Under the pieces are notes generated by a model, which saw nothing but the letters and a program-made list of their open reading frames with translations, searched no databases and had not been told where the DNA came from. A stretch of 64,000 nucleotides of DNA from a virus (taxonomy: Duplodnaviria > Caudoviricetes). Made by a program: the position numbers and the translations under genes. Positions 30,320-40,218 of the stretch are shown in pieces; positions within the stretch are counted from its first letter, which is position 1; each line of letters starts with the position of its first letter. The stretch lies in IMG/VR virus record IMGVR_UViG_3300042887_002440, positions 1,899 to 65,898 of that record. The stretch is one strand, 5' to 3'.

Positions 30320-31276
30320 ATGAATTATAGATTACAATCAATAAGAAAAACTACAATTGCCTTTGCAAGCTTATTTAAAGATATTCCATTTATAAAATAT
30401 GACGCACAAGGTAATGAAGTTGAGAGAATTATCGTACCAATAATTTATGGCGATAAAGAAAAATATGTTAAAAGATTAGATATTGAACACGAAAAAGTAC
30501 AGATTACACTTCCTCGTATTGAATACGGTCTTACTAACATGGAATATGATGCTAGTAGAAAATTAAATAGTGCAAATAAATTAATGGGTTGCGCTGGAAC
30601 TGGAGATGTATATGTAAATTCTCCTATACCATATAATTTCAATTTGGAGTTAGTATTATATACAAGAAATATTGAAGATGCTAATCAAATAATGGAGTAT
30701 ATTTTATCGCATTTTACTCCAGATTACAATTTAAAAATTGTAATGGTTCCTGAAGCAGGAATAATAAAAAATGTACCAATAACTTTTAATGGTGAATCTG
30801 AAGAAGAAGATTCAACTGGTTCATACGATTCTCCAGTTAGGTCTGTTTTTAGAACATTAACATTTACTGCCAGAAGTTATATTTTTCAACCACCGCAAGA
30901 ATACAAACCTATTTTACAAGCAAATTCGTTTATATATATTCCAAGCGCTATTGCAAATTATCAACTTACAACTGGAAACGGAAATTTCACATTAGGAGAA
31001 AGCGTTTATCAAGGATACTCATATGATAGATCTACAGCAAGAGGTAGCGTTGTTGGTTGGAATGCAAATAATGAGATATTAACGCTTGAAAATGTTACTG
31101 GAAATTTTGTTGCTAATTCTATTATAACAAACTTAACTGGATCAGCTCAATATATTATAGGTGAATTACCTAATAATGGATTAGCATATGATACAGGTGT
31201 TACCCCATCACCAAATACATATCCTGTTGTTGGACCATATACAGTAAATCAAACTAACTTGGATTACACAGCTTAA
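30320..31276 (+). CDS. gp15: Tail terminator/sheath stabiliser gp15
   Basis: IRK....F..LF, VPI.YG.KEK, LPR, YD.SRK, PYN and QI.E.IL..F.P motifs. Confidence 0.92.
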   Translation: MNYRLQSIRKTTIAFASLFKDIPFIKYDAQGNEVERIIVPIIYGDKEKYVKRLDIEHEKVQITLPRIEYGLTNMEYDASRKLNSANKLMGCAGTGDVYVNSPIPYNFNLELVLYTRNIEDANQIMEYILSHFTPDYNLKIVMVPEAGIIKNVPITFNGESEEEDSTGSYDSPVRSVFRTLTFTARSYIFQPPQEYKPILQANSFIYIPSAIANYQLTTGNGNFTLGESVYQGYSYDRSTARGSVVGWNANNEILTLENVTGNFVANSIITNLTGSAQYIIGELPNNGLAYDTGVTPSPNTYPVVGPYTVNQTNLDYTA

Positions 31277-31278
31277 TT

Positions 31279-31716
31279 ATGACATCTAAATTTAATAAAA
31301 CAATGGAGGAAATATTTAATGTTCCTCCATTGGTGATTGAAGAAGAAACCGAATTCGCAGAATTTTTGCCCGCAGAACAATCAACTCATGATTTGTCTAC
31401 TTTACTAGATCACGATTTAAAAACTGATTATGAAAAAACTAGGGAAAGTATTGATTCGTTGATTGCAAAAGGAACTGAAGCTATTGATGATATGTTAGCA
31501 ATTGCACGACAATCAGAAAAAGCTAGAGATTTTGAAGTTGCTGGTAATATGATCAAAACTGTCGTTGACGCATCAAAAGAATTACTTGAAGTTCAAAAGA
31601 AAATGCGTGATATTACAGGAAAAAAAGAAAACGTTACCCAAAATATTAAGAATGCAGTTTTTGTTGGTTCAACTAAAGATTTGATTCGATCTATTAAAAA
31701 TGAGAATAATGAATGA
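31279..31716 (+). CDS. gp16: Terminase small subunit
   Basis: DYE..R, A..SE..R.FEV and NAVFVGST.DL motifs. Confidence 0.92.
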   Translation: MTSKFNKTMEEIFNVPPLVIEEETEFAEFLPAEQSTHDLSTLLDHDLKTDYEKTRESIDSLIAKGTEAIDDMLAIARQSEKARDFEVAGNMIKTVVDASKELLEVQKKMRDITGKKENVTQNIKNAVFVGSTKDLIRSIKNENNE

Positions 31717-33428
31717 TAGATTTTGAGGGTAGCAATAAATTATATTATAGGGATAATCCTAATCTAAGAAGAGCTGGTATTGAAAATTGGGAATACGAGC
31801 AGCATCAAAAAGATGAACTTAGAAAATGCATTAATGATCCAATATATTTTATTCGCAATTATGTAAAAATTATTAATCTTGATGAAGGTCTTGTGTATTT
31901 TGACATGCACGATTATCAAGAAGAAATGGTTCAAGCATTTCATGACAACAGATTTTCTATTGTAAGGATTGGTCGTCAGTCAGGTAAAACAACAACTTCT
32001 GTTGGGTATCTTTTATGGTTATCATTATTTACTGAAAATTATAATATTGCTATCACAGCAAATAAAAAATCATTAGCTGTTGAGATTCTGTCTAGATATC
32101 AATTAGCGTATGAAAATTTACCTATGTGGCTTCAACAAGGTATTGTCATATGGAATAAAGGTAGTATTGAACTAGAAAATGGTTCAAAGATGTTAGCAGC
32201 TTCTACTGCTGCCAGTTCCGTTCGTGGTGGATCATTTAATCTTGTATTTATGGACGAATTTGCTCACGTTCATAATAACTTAGCTGAAGAGTTTTTTACT
32301 TCAACATATCCTGTAATTTCATCCGGTAAAACAACAAAAATTATTATTGTATCTACTCCGCGTGGTATGAATTTATACTACAAAATGTGGATGGATGCGG
32401 TTAATAAAAAAAGTGATTATAAAGCTGTTGATATTCATTGGTCTAAAGTTCCAGGTCGTGATGAAAACTGGAAAGAAACTACGATTAGAAATACATCTGC
32501 TCGTCAGTTTAATCAAGAATTTGGTTGCGAATTTTTAGGTTCTACAAATACGCTAATAGATGGTTCCAAATTACAAACTCTTGTTGCAATAGATCCATTA
32601 GACACTGATGATGAAATATTTTCTGGAGTAACAATTCCAAATGAAATGGATATTTTTATTCCTCCAGTTAAAGAATCTTTTGATGATGAAACTAAAAAAC
32701 AAATAGATAAAGATCATATCTATGCTATGACTGTTGATGTTTCAGAGGGCAAAAATCTAGACTATGCTGCATTTTCTATTTTTGACGTATCAACGATTCC
32801 ATATACACAAGTAGCTACATATAGAAATAATCAATTGCATCCAATGTTATTCCCAGATATTATTAAAATGGCTGGAGAATATTACAATAATGCATATGTA
32901 TTAATTGAGGTAAATAATAACCCAACAGTTGCTGATACTCTATTTCAAGATTTAGAATACGAAAATGTATTAAAAGTTTATGCAGGAAACAAAAAAGCTC
33001 AACAAATAAGTGAGAATGGTAAAGCAACACAAAATGGCGTTAATATGAGCCCATTAGTAAAACGTGTTGGTTGTACTACATTAAAAACTTTAATTGAAAC
33101 TGATAAATTAAGAATTAATTCTAGTGAAACTATATATGAATTAACTCGTTTTATTGCAACAAATAATTCATTTGCAGCTGAAGAAGGAGCAAATGATGAT
33201 TTAGCAATGACTCTTGTTATTTTTGCTTGGTTATCAACTCAAAAATTATTTATAGAATTATCATCAACAGATATTCGTAAGCGTTTACAAATAGAAAATA
33301 ATTATGCAAAAGAAGATGATATTGATGTTCCTCCTATGCCACAATTTAGTAATACTTTAATGGACAAATATAATCTTGAAGATGGAGATTTATGGGAAGT
33401 AGTTGAACCTGCTGGTTTTTACTATTAA
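31713..33428 (+). CDS. gp17: Terminase large subunit
   Basis: Walker A RQSGKTT, Walker B FMDEFAH, STPRG, nuclease motifs VDVSEG...DY and DDL.M. Confidence 0.97.
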   Translation: MIDFEGSNKLYYRDNPNLRRAGIENWEYEQHQKDELRKCINDPIYFIRNYVKIINLDEGLVYFDMHDYQEEMVQAFHDNRFSIVRIGRQSGKTTTSVGYLLWLSLFTENYNIAITANKKSLAVEILSRYQLAYENLPMWLQQGIVIWNKGSIELENGSKMLAASTAASSVRGGSFNLVFMDEFAHVHNNLAEEFFTSTYPVISSGKTTKIIIVSTPRGMNLYYKMWMDAVNKKSDYKAVDIHWSKVPGRDENWKETTIRNTSARQFNQEFGCEFLGSTNTLIDGSKLQTLVAIDPLDTDDEIFSGVTIPNEMDIFIPPVKESFDDETKKQIDKDHIYAMTVDVSEGKNLDYAAFSIFDVSTIPYTQVATYRNNQLHPMLFPDIIKMAGEYYNNAYVLIEVNNNPTVADTLFQDLEYENVLKVYAGNKKAQQISENGKATQNGVNMSPLVKRVGCTTLKTLIETDKLRINSSETIYELTRFIATNNSFAAEEGANDDLAMTLVIFAWLSTQKLFIELSSTDIRKRLQIENNYAKEDDIDVPPMPQFSNTLMDKYNLEDGDLWEVVEPAGFYY

Positions 33429-33445
33429 TCATAAATGCTAGAAAT

Positions 33446-33453
33446 TATAAATA
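33446..33453 (+). promoter_or_regulatory. T4-type late promoter
   Basis: TATAAATA upstream of gp18. Confidence 0.8.
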
Positions 33454-33500
33454 CCTCTATGAAAACTGACTTTCTATTTTTATAACAAGGAGTACAATTT

Positions 33501-35633
33501 ATGGGGTTTCAATTATCACCAGGAGTAAATGTATCTGAAATTGATTTGACTAATGTCGTTCCAGGCGTTAGTTCATCGGTTGGAGCATTCGCTGGACAAT
33601 TCAGCTGGGGACCAGCAAATATCAGAACATTAGTAGATTCAGAAAATAAATTAGTATCTATTTTCGGTAAACCTAATAACGATAGCAACACATACACATC
33701 ATTTTTTTCTGCTGCTAATTTCTTGGCATATACCAATAACATTAGAGTTGTCAGAGCAATCAACGATACTACTACGTTTAATGCAACATCTATCTCTGAA
33801 TTGATAGATCTTGAAACAGTAGCTGCTGATGCAACTAGTGGTAACAATTATATTAGATTTAATACTGATATAGCAGATTATTTGGCAAGCGGAGACGAAT
33901 TTACAATATCTTACGGAGCAAATACATCTGTATTAGAAGTTGTCGAAATTTATAACGGCAATACAGCTCTTGTTGTTAATAATTTAATAGGAAATGCAAC
34001 TGCAGGTTCAATTACTTTACCAACATATGAAACTAATGTTAGTATTGCTAATGAAGAAGATTATGAGATTAATTTCTCACTTGGTCAACATCCTAAATTC
34101 GGTGCGTTTTATGGTCGTTATCCAGGAGATTTCGGTAATTCTTTAACAGTTTCAGTTTGTTCTTCTGAAAACGCATTTAGAAGAACTGGATTAACAGCAA
34201 ATACTACTTTACATAGTACAAGTGCAGTTTTAAATACTGGATTAGCTAATACATTCTTAAATGCAGGAGATAGTATTACCATTGATGGTTATACATATAC
34301 TGTAGGTAGCATTGGTTCAACTAATTTAGTTTCTACAAATATTACATTAACTACAGGCGCAGAAACTCAAAAAAATAACGCAACAGCTACAACAAAATGG
34401 GCATATGCGGACAATTTTGATAGCGCTCCATCTACATCATCAACAGTTGAATCAAAAGGTTCATCAAATGATGAATTACACGTTATTGTAATTGATACTG
34501 ATGGTAAATTTACAGGCGAAAGAGGAACTGTATTAGAAAAATTTGCACATCTATCTAAAGCAGATAATGCTACAACAGATGATGGTTCTCCAAATTATTA
34601 TGCAACTAGAATCTTTAATGAATCAAAATACATTTATGTTGCAAATCATGTATCAGGTTCTTCTAATTGGGGATTAGTTACAAATAACGGTCTTTCTTAT
34701 GACAAATTACCAAACTATTCTGTAAAATTATCAAATGGAACAGATGATTCTGCTCTTGATTCTGATTATATAACAGCATATAATTTATTCCAAAATGCAG
34801 ATGAATCTGATATTTCATTATTAATTACTGGTGATTGCAGTCAACGTCCTGGAACATTATCTCGCTGTTTAAGTATTGCTAATGAAAGAAAAGATTGCGT
34901 TGCATTCGTTTCTCCAAAAAGAGCAGACGCAGTATCAGCAGTTGATATTGATAAAATTATTGAATATAGAAATGGATTATCCCCATCAACTTCATATTCA
35001 GTATTTGATTCTGGTTGGAAATATCAATTTGATAAATATAACAATAAATATCGTTATGTTCCATTAAATGGTGATATTGCTGGTTTATGTGCAAGAACTG
35101 ATAATACCAGAGATCCATGGTGGTCGCCTGCAGGGTTTAATCGCGGTCAAATTCTAAACGCAATTAAAGTATCATATAATCCAACTAAAGCTCAAAGAGA
35201 CGAATTATATAAAAATGGTATTAATCCTGTATTAGCATTTCCAGGAGAAGGTATTATTCTTTATGGCGATAAAACTATGCAGAAAAAACCATCTGCATTC
35301 GATAGAATCAATGTTCGTAGATTGTTTATTGTTTTAGAAAAAGCTATTGCAATTGCAGCAAAATACTCTCTATTTGAATTCAACGATGCGTTCACAAGAG
35401 CACAATTCGTAGCTATGGTTGAACCATTCTTAAGAGATGTAAAAGGTCGTAGAGGGATTTATGACTTCAAAGTTATTTGCGACGAATCAAATAATACTCC
35501 TGAAGTTATTGATACCAATAGATTTATTGGTGATATTTATATCAAACCAGCTAGATCTATTAACTTCATCCAATTGAATTTCGTAGCAGTTCGTACTGGA
35601 GTTGACTTTACTGAAGTTGCTGGTAAATTTTAA
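33501..35633 (+). CDS. gp18: Tail sheath protein
   Basis: SPGV...EIDLT, F.WGP, W.SPAG.NRG, FDRINVRRLF and KPARSINFI.LNF motifs. Confidence 0.97.
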   Translation: MGFQLSPGVNVSEIDLTNVVPGVSSSVGAFAGQFSWGPANIRTLVDSENKLVSIFGKPNNDSNTYTSFFSAANFLAYTNNIRVVRAINDTTTFNATSISELIDLETVAADATSGNNYIRFNTDIADYLASGDEFTISYGANTSVLEVVEIYNGNTALVVNNLIGNATAGSITLPTYETNVSIANEEDYEINFSLGQHPKFGAFYGRYPGDFGNSLTVSVCSSENAFRRTGLTANTTLHSTSAVLNTGLANTFLNAGDSITIDGYTYTVGSIGSTNLVSTNITLTTGAETQKNNATATTKWAYADNFDSAPSTSSTVESKGSSNDELHVIVIDTDGKFTGERGTVLEKFAHLSKADNATTDDGSPNYYATRIFNESKYIYVANHVSGSSNWGLVTNNGLSYDKLPNYSVKLSNGTDDSALDSDYITAYNLFQNADESDISLLITGDCSQRPGTLSRCLSIANERKDCVAFVSPKRADAVSAVDIDKIIEYRNGLSPSTSYSVFDSGWKYQFDKYNNKYRYVPLNGDIAGLCARTDNTRDPWWSPAGFNRGQILNAIKVSYNPTKAQRDELYKNGINPVLAFPGEGIILYGDKTMQKKPSAFDRINVRRLFIVLEKAIAIAAKYSLFEFNDAFTRAQFVAMVEPFLRDVKGRRGIYDFKVICDESNNTPEVIDTNRFIGDIYIKPARSINFIQLNFVAVRTGVDFTEVAGKF

Positions 35634-35646
35634 GTAATATGATTTT

Positions 35647-35686
35647 TTGGCGGTAGAGGAAACTTTGCCGCCAACCCTTATAAATA
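35647..35686 (+). promoter_or_regulatory. GAAA-loop hairpin followed by the late promoter of gp19
   Basis: TTGGCGGTAGAG-GAAA-CTTTGCCGCCAA (35647-35674), then TATAAATA at 35679-35686. Confidence 0.75.
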
Positions 35687-35730
35687 ATTAAAAGAATATT
35701 ACACAATTTTAAAACAAGGAGTATCTGAAC

Positions 35731-36285
35731 ATGGCGTTCAATATAAATCAATTTAGATCTGAAATGGTAAAGGATGGGGCAAGACCTAATCTATTTTCAG
35801 TTTCAGTTACGTTTCCATTTTCAACTGGTGTGTCATCAAAATTAACATTTATGGCACATGCAACATCATTGCCTCCATCAATTGTTGGTGTTGCATCACA
35901 ATATTATTTCGGTCGTCAAGTAAAATTTCCTGGAGATAGACAATTTCCTGATTGGAGTATTACAGTTATTAATGACGAAGACTTTATCGTAAGAAATGCA
36001 TTTGAAGTTTGGTCTGATAAATTAAATAGCCATAGTTTAAATGTTCGTGCTACTGGAGCAATTAATTCTACAACTTATTCTGCTGACGCTACTGTCACAC
36101 AATACGGTAAAGATGGATCACAAATAAAAACATATAAATTTGTTGGACTATTCCCATCAACAATTGATCCAATTGGTCTTGATTGGGGTTCTAATGACAG
36201 AATTGAAGAATTTAATGTTACATTCTCATATCAATATTGGGAAGCATATGCTGGCGCAGCTGGCGCGACTCAAGTTACAACCTAA
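35731..36285 (+). CDS. gp19: Tail tube protein
   Basis: GARPNLF.V, GR.VK.PGDR.F.DW.ITV.NDEDF and IEEF.VTF.YQYW motifs. Confidence 0.97.
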   Translation: MAFNINQFRSEMVKDGARPNLFSVSVTFPFSTGVSSKLTFMAHATSLPPSIVGVASQYYFGRQVKFPGDRQFPDWSITVINDEDFIVRNAFEVWSDKLNSHSLNVRATGAINSTTYSADATVTQYGKDGSQIKTYKFVGLFPSTIDPIGLDWGSNDRIEEFNVTFSYQYWEAYAGAAGATQVTT

Positions 36286-36327
36286 TATATAGAATATACT
36301 ATTAAATAATTAAAAAGGTAATTTATT

Positions 36328-38007
36328 TTGGCTAAATTTTCATTATTCGGTTTTAAAATAGGGAAAGATACACCAGCACAGGAAGTGCTACCTTCTTTTT
36401 CAGCGCCAGTATTAGATGATGGTGCAGTAACTATTACTGCAGCAGCACATTATGGCACATCGATTGACCTAGATTCAAATTACAAAAACGATGTTGAGTT
36501 AATTACTAGATATCGCGAAATGGCTATGCAGCCAGAAATTGAAAGCGCAGTTGACGATATCGTCAATGAAGCAATTGTAAACGAAGAAGGGGTTATTGTA
36601 AAATTAAATTTAGATAACTTAAAAGTTACCCCAAAAATTAAAAAAGCTATTGAAGATGAATTTGATAATATCTTGACTCTTTTAAATTTTAAACAATTGG
36701 GTCAAGATATTTTTAGAAGATTTTATATCGATGGAAGAATGTATTACAATATCATTCTTGATAAAGAAAATACTTCTGGTGGTATTCAAGAGTTGCGTTA
36801 CACGGATCCACGTAAAATAACAAAAATTCGCGAAATTAAAAAAGTAAAAGACAAAACAACTGGATATGATATTGTTGCGGGTTATGTCGAATATTATATC
36901 TATTCAGATGTTATTTCAACAAAATCAAACCTAACAAATTCAGGATTAAGAATCGCTCCAGATTCAATGATTAGTGTTACATCTGGAATATTAGACGCAA
37001 AACGCTCAATAGTATTAAGTAATTTACACAAAGCAATTAAACCTCTTAACCAATTAAGAATGATTGAAGATGCTAGTGTAATTTATAAAGTATCAAGAGC
37101 GCCAGAAAGACGTATTTTTTATATTGATGTTGGTAATTTGCCTAAAATGAAGGCAGAACAATATCTTAAAGATATTATGACCAAATATAAAAATAAAGTT
37201 GTTTATGATGCATCTACTGGAGAAATCAGAGACGATAGAAGATTCCTTTCTATGATGGATGATTTTTGGCTTCCTAGACGTTCTGATAATAAATCAACAG
37301 AAATCACAACATTACCATCATCAGCTGCATTTGATGATATGTCAATGGTAGAATATTTTGAGAAGAAATTATATAAAGCTCTTGGAGTTCCATTCTCTAG
37401 ATTAGTACAACCAGATAGCGCATTTGATGTTGGAACTAATCAAGTAATTTCCAGAGATGAAATTAAATTTGATAAAGCAATTCAAAGGTTAAGAAATAAA
37501 TTTACTGATGTATTTGATCAAGCATTAAAAGTTCAGTGTCAATTAAAAGGTATTTGTTCTGACGAAGAATTTGATGTCTATAAACAAGATTTCAATTATG
37601 ATTTTGTTAGAGATAATAATTATGCTGAAATGAAAGATGCTGAACTATTGCAAAATAGATTAAATTTATTAGCGGTAGTTGATCCATATAAAGGTACATA
37701 TTATTCACAAGCTTGGATCCAGAAAAATATCTTGAAAATGGACGAAGATGAAATTGACCAAATGCAAAAAGAAATTGAGCAAGAAATTGCTAATAATTTG
37801 TATCCTGATCCAAAATTACTTAATGACCCAATGGCAGGTTTAGGTGGAGATGGCGGTTTCCCTAGCGGCGATCCTAACCTAGATTCAGATGGTGATGGAG
37901 TTCCAAATGATCAAGATGCAAATGATCAAGATCCATCTATAGGTCGTCCAACAACAAAACCAAATAAACAATCAGCTACTGATAAAAAGAATCCGTACTA
38001 TGACTAA
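36328..38007 (+). CDS. gp20: Portal protein
   Basis: TTG start; YR.MA..PE...AV.DIVNEA, HKAIKP.NQL.M.ED, RAPERR.FYIDVGN and DFWLPRR motifs. Confidence 0.97.
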   Translation: MAKFSLFGFKIGKDTPAQEVLPSFSAPVLDDGAVTITAAAHYGTSIDLDSNYKNDVELITRYREMAMQPEIESAVDDIVNEAIVNEEGVIVKLNLDNLKVTPKIKKAIEDEFDNILTLLNFKQLGQDIFRRFYIDGRMYYNIILDKENTSGGIQELRYTDPRKITKIREIKKVKDKTTGYDIVAGYVEYYIYSDVISTKSNLTNSGLRIAPDSMISVTSGILDAKRSIVLSNLHKAIKPLNQLRMIEDASVIYKVSRAPERRIFYIDVGNLPKMKAEQYLKDIMTKYKNKVVYDASTGEIRDDRRFLSMMDDFWLPRRSDNKSTEITTLPSSAAFDDMSMVEYFEKKLYKALGVPFSRLVQPDSAFDVGTNQVISRDEIKFDKAIQRLRNKFTDVFDQALKVQCQLKGICSDEEFDVYKQDFNYDFVRDNNYAEMKDAELLQNRLNLLAVVDPYKGTYYSQAWIQKNILKMDEDEIDQMQKEIEQEIANNLYPDPKLLNDPMAGLGGDGGFPSGDPNLDSDGDGVPNDQDANDQDPSIGRPTTKPNKQSATDKKNPYYD

Positions 38008-38434
38008 GACAATACATAGAGATTTACCGCAGGTATTAATCCTAAAAAGAACTTATATACAAAGATTTCCTAATGGACAGCAAGTTGCACTGTATCACTC
38101 AGAGCATTTAAATCAATATATTACTGTTCCATTGGATGGATCTAAATTTTCTAATACATCAGAATCTGTATTAGAAAAATTAACTCAAATATCAGAGAAT
38201 GATGATATTCAGTCTATTATATTTAATGATTTATCTGAATTAAATATAAATAAAGAATGCGCTGATGTAATTTTAAATTTTATTAGCAATAACGAAGAAT
38301 TAGCAGAACAATTACACGTTTCGGATAAAAGTTTCTTAGAAATTTTGGAACAGGCTGCTCAATTAGAATCAACAGATTTATCGGAAGAATCTGGTCAACA
38401 ACAGGAGTTAACAAACGATGAAATTGTTAAATGA
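38000..38434 (+). CDS. Hypothetical prohead core-position protein (gp67/68 locus)
   Basis: Between portal and prohead protease; overlaps both neighbours; acidic C-terminus. Confidence 0.6.
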   Translation: MTKTIHRDLPQVLILKRTYIQRFPNGQQVALYHSEHLNQYITVPLDGSKFSNTSESVLEKLTQISENDDIQSIIFNDLSELNINKECADVILNFISNNEELAEQLHVSDKSFLEILEQAAQLESTDLSEESGQQQELTNDEIVK

Positions 38435-39059
38435 GTTTACCGAAACAGAAGTTCTAGTAGAAGAAGCTAACGGTAAAAAGAACCATACTATTAAAGGATA
38501 TTTTATTCATTGCAACGAACAAAATAGAAATGGCAGAGTATATGTTAAAGAACATATGATGCCAGAAGTTGCAAGATATAAAAGAGATTATATAGATACT
38601 CGTAGATCTTTAGGTGAATTATCTCACCCAGAAGGTCCTCAAATTAACCCAGATAAAGTATCGCATCTTATCACTAAATTAGATTTTGATGATCACCGTT
38701 GTTTTGGAGAAGCTAAAGTTTTAGATACTCCTAATGGTAATATCGTAAAATCATTTATTGATGCTGGAGTTAATTTCGGGGTTTCTACCAGAGGATTGGG
38801 GTCTATTAAAGAATCAAATGGAATTAAATATGTCCAACCAGATTTTCGTTTAGTAACAGTTGATATTGTATTAGATCCATCAGGTAAAGATTGTTATGTT
38901 GAAGGTTTAATGGAAGGAAAAGAATGGATGTTTGTTGAAGGAAAAGGTTGGGTTGAACAATATCTAGAAGAATCAAGAGATACTTTAAGAAAACTATCAG
39001 CAAAAGAAGTTGAACCAATGGCTCTTAAAATCTTCGAAAACTTTTTAAGAAAACTTTAA
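38418..39059 (+). CDS. gp21: Prohead protease
   Basis: NRNGRVY, LGEL.HP, GVSTRGLGS and D.V.DPS motifs. Confidence 0.96.
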   Translation: MKLLNEFTETEVLVEEANGKKNHTIKGYFIHCNEQNRNGRVYVKEHMMPEVARYKRDYIDTRRSLGELSHPEGPQINPDKVSHLITKLDFDDHRCFGEAKVLDTPNGNIVKSFIDAGVNFGVSTRGLGSIKESNGIKYVQPDFRLVTVDIVLDPSGKDCYVEGLMEGKEWMFVEGKGWVEQYLEESRDTLRKLSAKEVEPMALKIFENFLRKL

Positions 39060-39075
39060 TACAAAAATTAATTTA

Positions 39076-39083
39076 TATAAATA
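39076..39083 (+). promoter_or_regulatory. T4-type late promoter
   Basis: TATAAATA upstream of gp22. Confidence 0.8.
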
Positions 39084-39111
39084 ATTATTATAAAAATCTA
39101 ATAGGAGATAT

Positions 39112-40191
39112 TTGATGTCACAAAAAAATTTAAATCTTTCTGAAGCTGCAATGGATATCCTAAACGGCAACAGAAAAGACAAAGATACAAAACAAGATTC
39201 ATTTGGTCAAGGTCAAAAATTGCATGACACAGCTAATAAAACCACAGCATGCGATACAGGAAATGCAGATTGGGAAAAACCATATGTTGAAGCTCCAACA
39301 GCAACTCCTCCAGGACAAACACCACCAGTTGGACAAGAACCTGCTAAACATTTACCACCACAACCAGCTGACACTGTTTCAAAAGCTAACACAAAAGTAA
39401 ATCTTCATCCTAAAAAAGGTGTTAATGAAGAAGGCGAACCAGATGACGAAGAAGATGAAGTAAATGAAGATATCGCAGCATTAATGGCTGGCGAAAACTT
39501 ATCAGAAAGTTTCAAACGTAAAGCATCTGCTATCTTTGAAGCTGCAGTAAAATCAAAAGTTGGAGAATTAGCTGAAGAATTAGAAGCACATTATGTTGCT
39601 CAATTCGAAGAAGCTTATGAAGATATGAAAGAAGATTTTACTAATAAAGTTGATGAATATCTAGATTACGTTACTGAATCTTGGATGGAAGAAAATAAAT
39701 TAGCAGTTGAATCAGGTTTAAGAACTGAAATTGCAGAAGGCTTTATTGAGTCTTTAAAAACCGTATTCGAAGAACACTATATCGATATTCCTGAAGAAAA
39801 ATTCGATGTAGTAGAAGAATTAGCTTCTAAAGTAGAGGCATTAGAAAAACAAGTTAATGAAGAAATGTCTAAAAACATTGACTTGAAACAAAAATTGTCA
39901 GAACAAAAGAAAGTTGAAGCTCTTCACGCAGTATGTGAAGGATTAACATTATCTCAAGCTGAAAAAATTAAAACTATTGCAGAGAGCGTAGAATTTGTAA
40001 GCGAAAATGATTTTGTTACACAAATGGAAGATATTAAAGAATCTTATTTCTCAGCATCTACCGTTAAACCAGCTTCTATTGAATCTTTAAATGACGTTAT
40101 TGACTTAAATGAAGAAGTAAAACCAGCAAAAAGAGTTGATCCAACAATAGCTGCTTATGCTTCACGTATTTCACAAACAATTTTAAAATAA
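39112..40191 (+). CDS. gp22: Prohead core scaffold protein
   Basis: LSE.FK.KA..IFEAAV and VD.YLDYV...WMEEN..A motifs; acidic coiled coil; start may be the ATG at 39115. Confidence 0.93.
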   Translation: MMSQKNLNLSEAAMDILNGNRKDKDTKQDSFGQGQKLHDTANKTTACDTGNADWEKPYVEAPTATPPGQTPPVGQEPAKHLPPQPADTVSKANTKVNLHPKKGVNEEGEPDDEEDEVNEDIAALMAGENLSESFKRKASAIFEAAVKSKVGELAEELEAHYVAQFEEAYEDMKEDFTNKVDEYLDYVTESWMEENKLAVESGLRTEIAEGFIESLKTVFEEHYIDIPEEKFDVVEELASKVEALEKQVNEEMSKNIDLKQKLSEQKKVEALHAVCEGLTLSQAEKIKTIAESVEFVSENDFVTQMEDIKESYFSASTVKPASIESLNDVIDLNEEVKPAKRVDPTIAAYASRISQTILK

Positions 40192-40218
40192 AAATAAAAA
40201 TTTAAGGAGTTTATCTAA

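Noticed and set aside
35647-35674. Hairpin after gp18 as an intrinsic terminator
   Set aside because: No U-tract follows on either strand; more likely a stabilising or processing stem.
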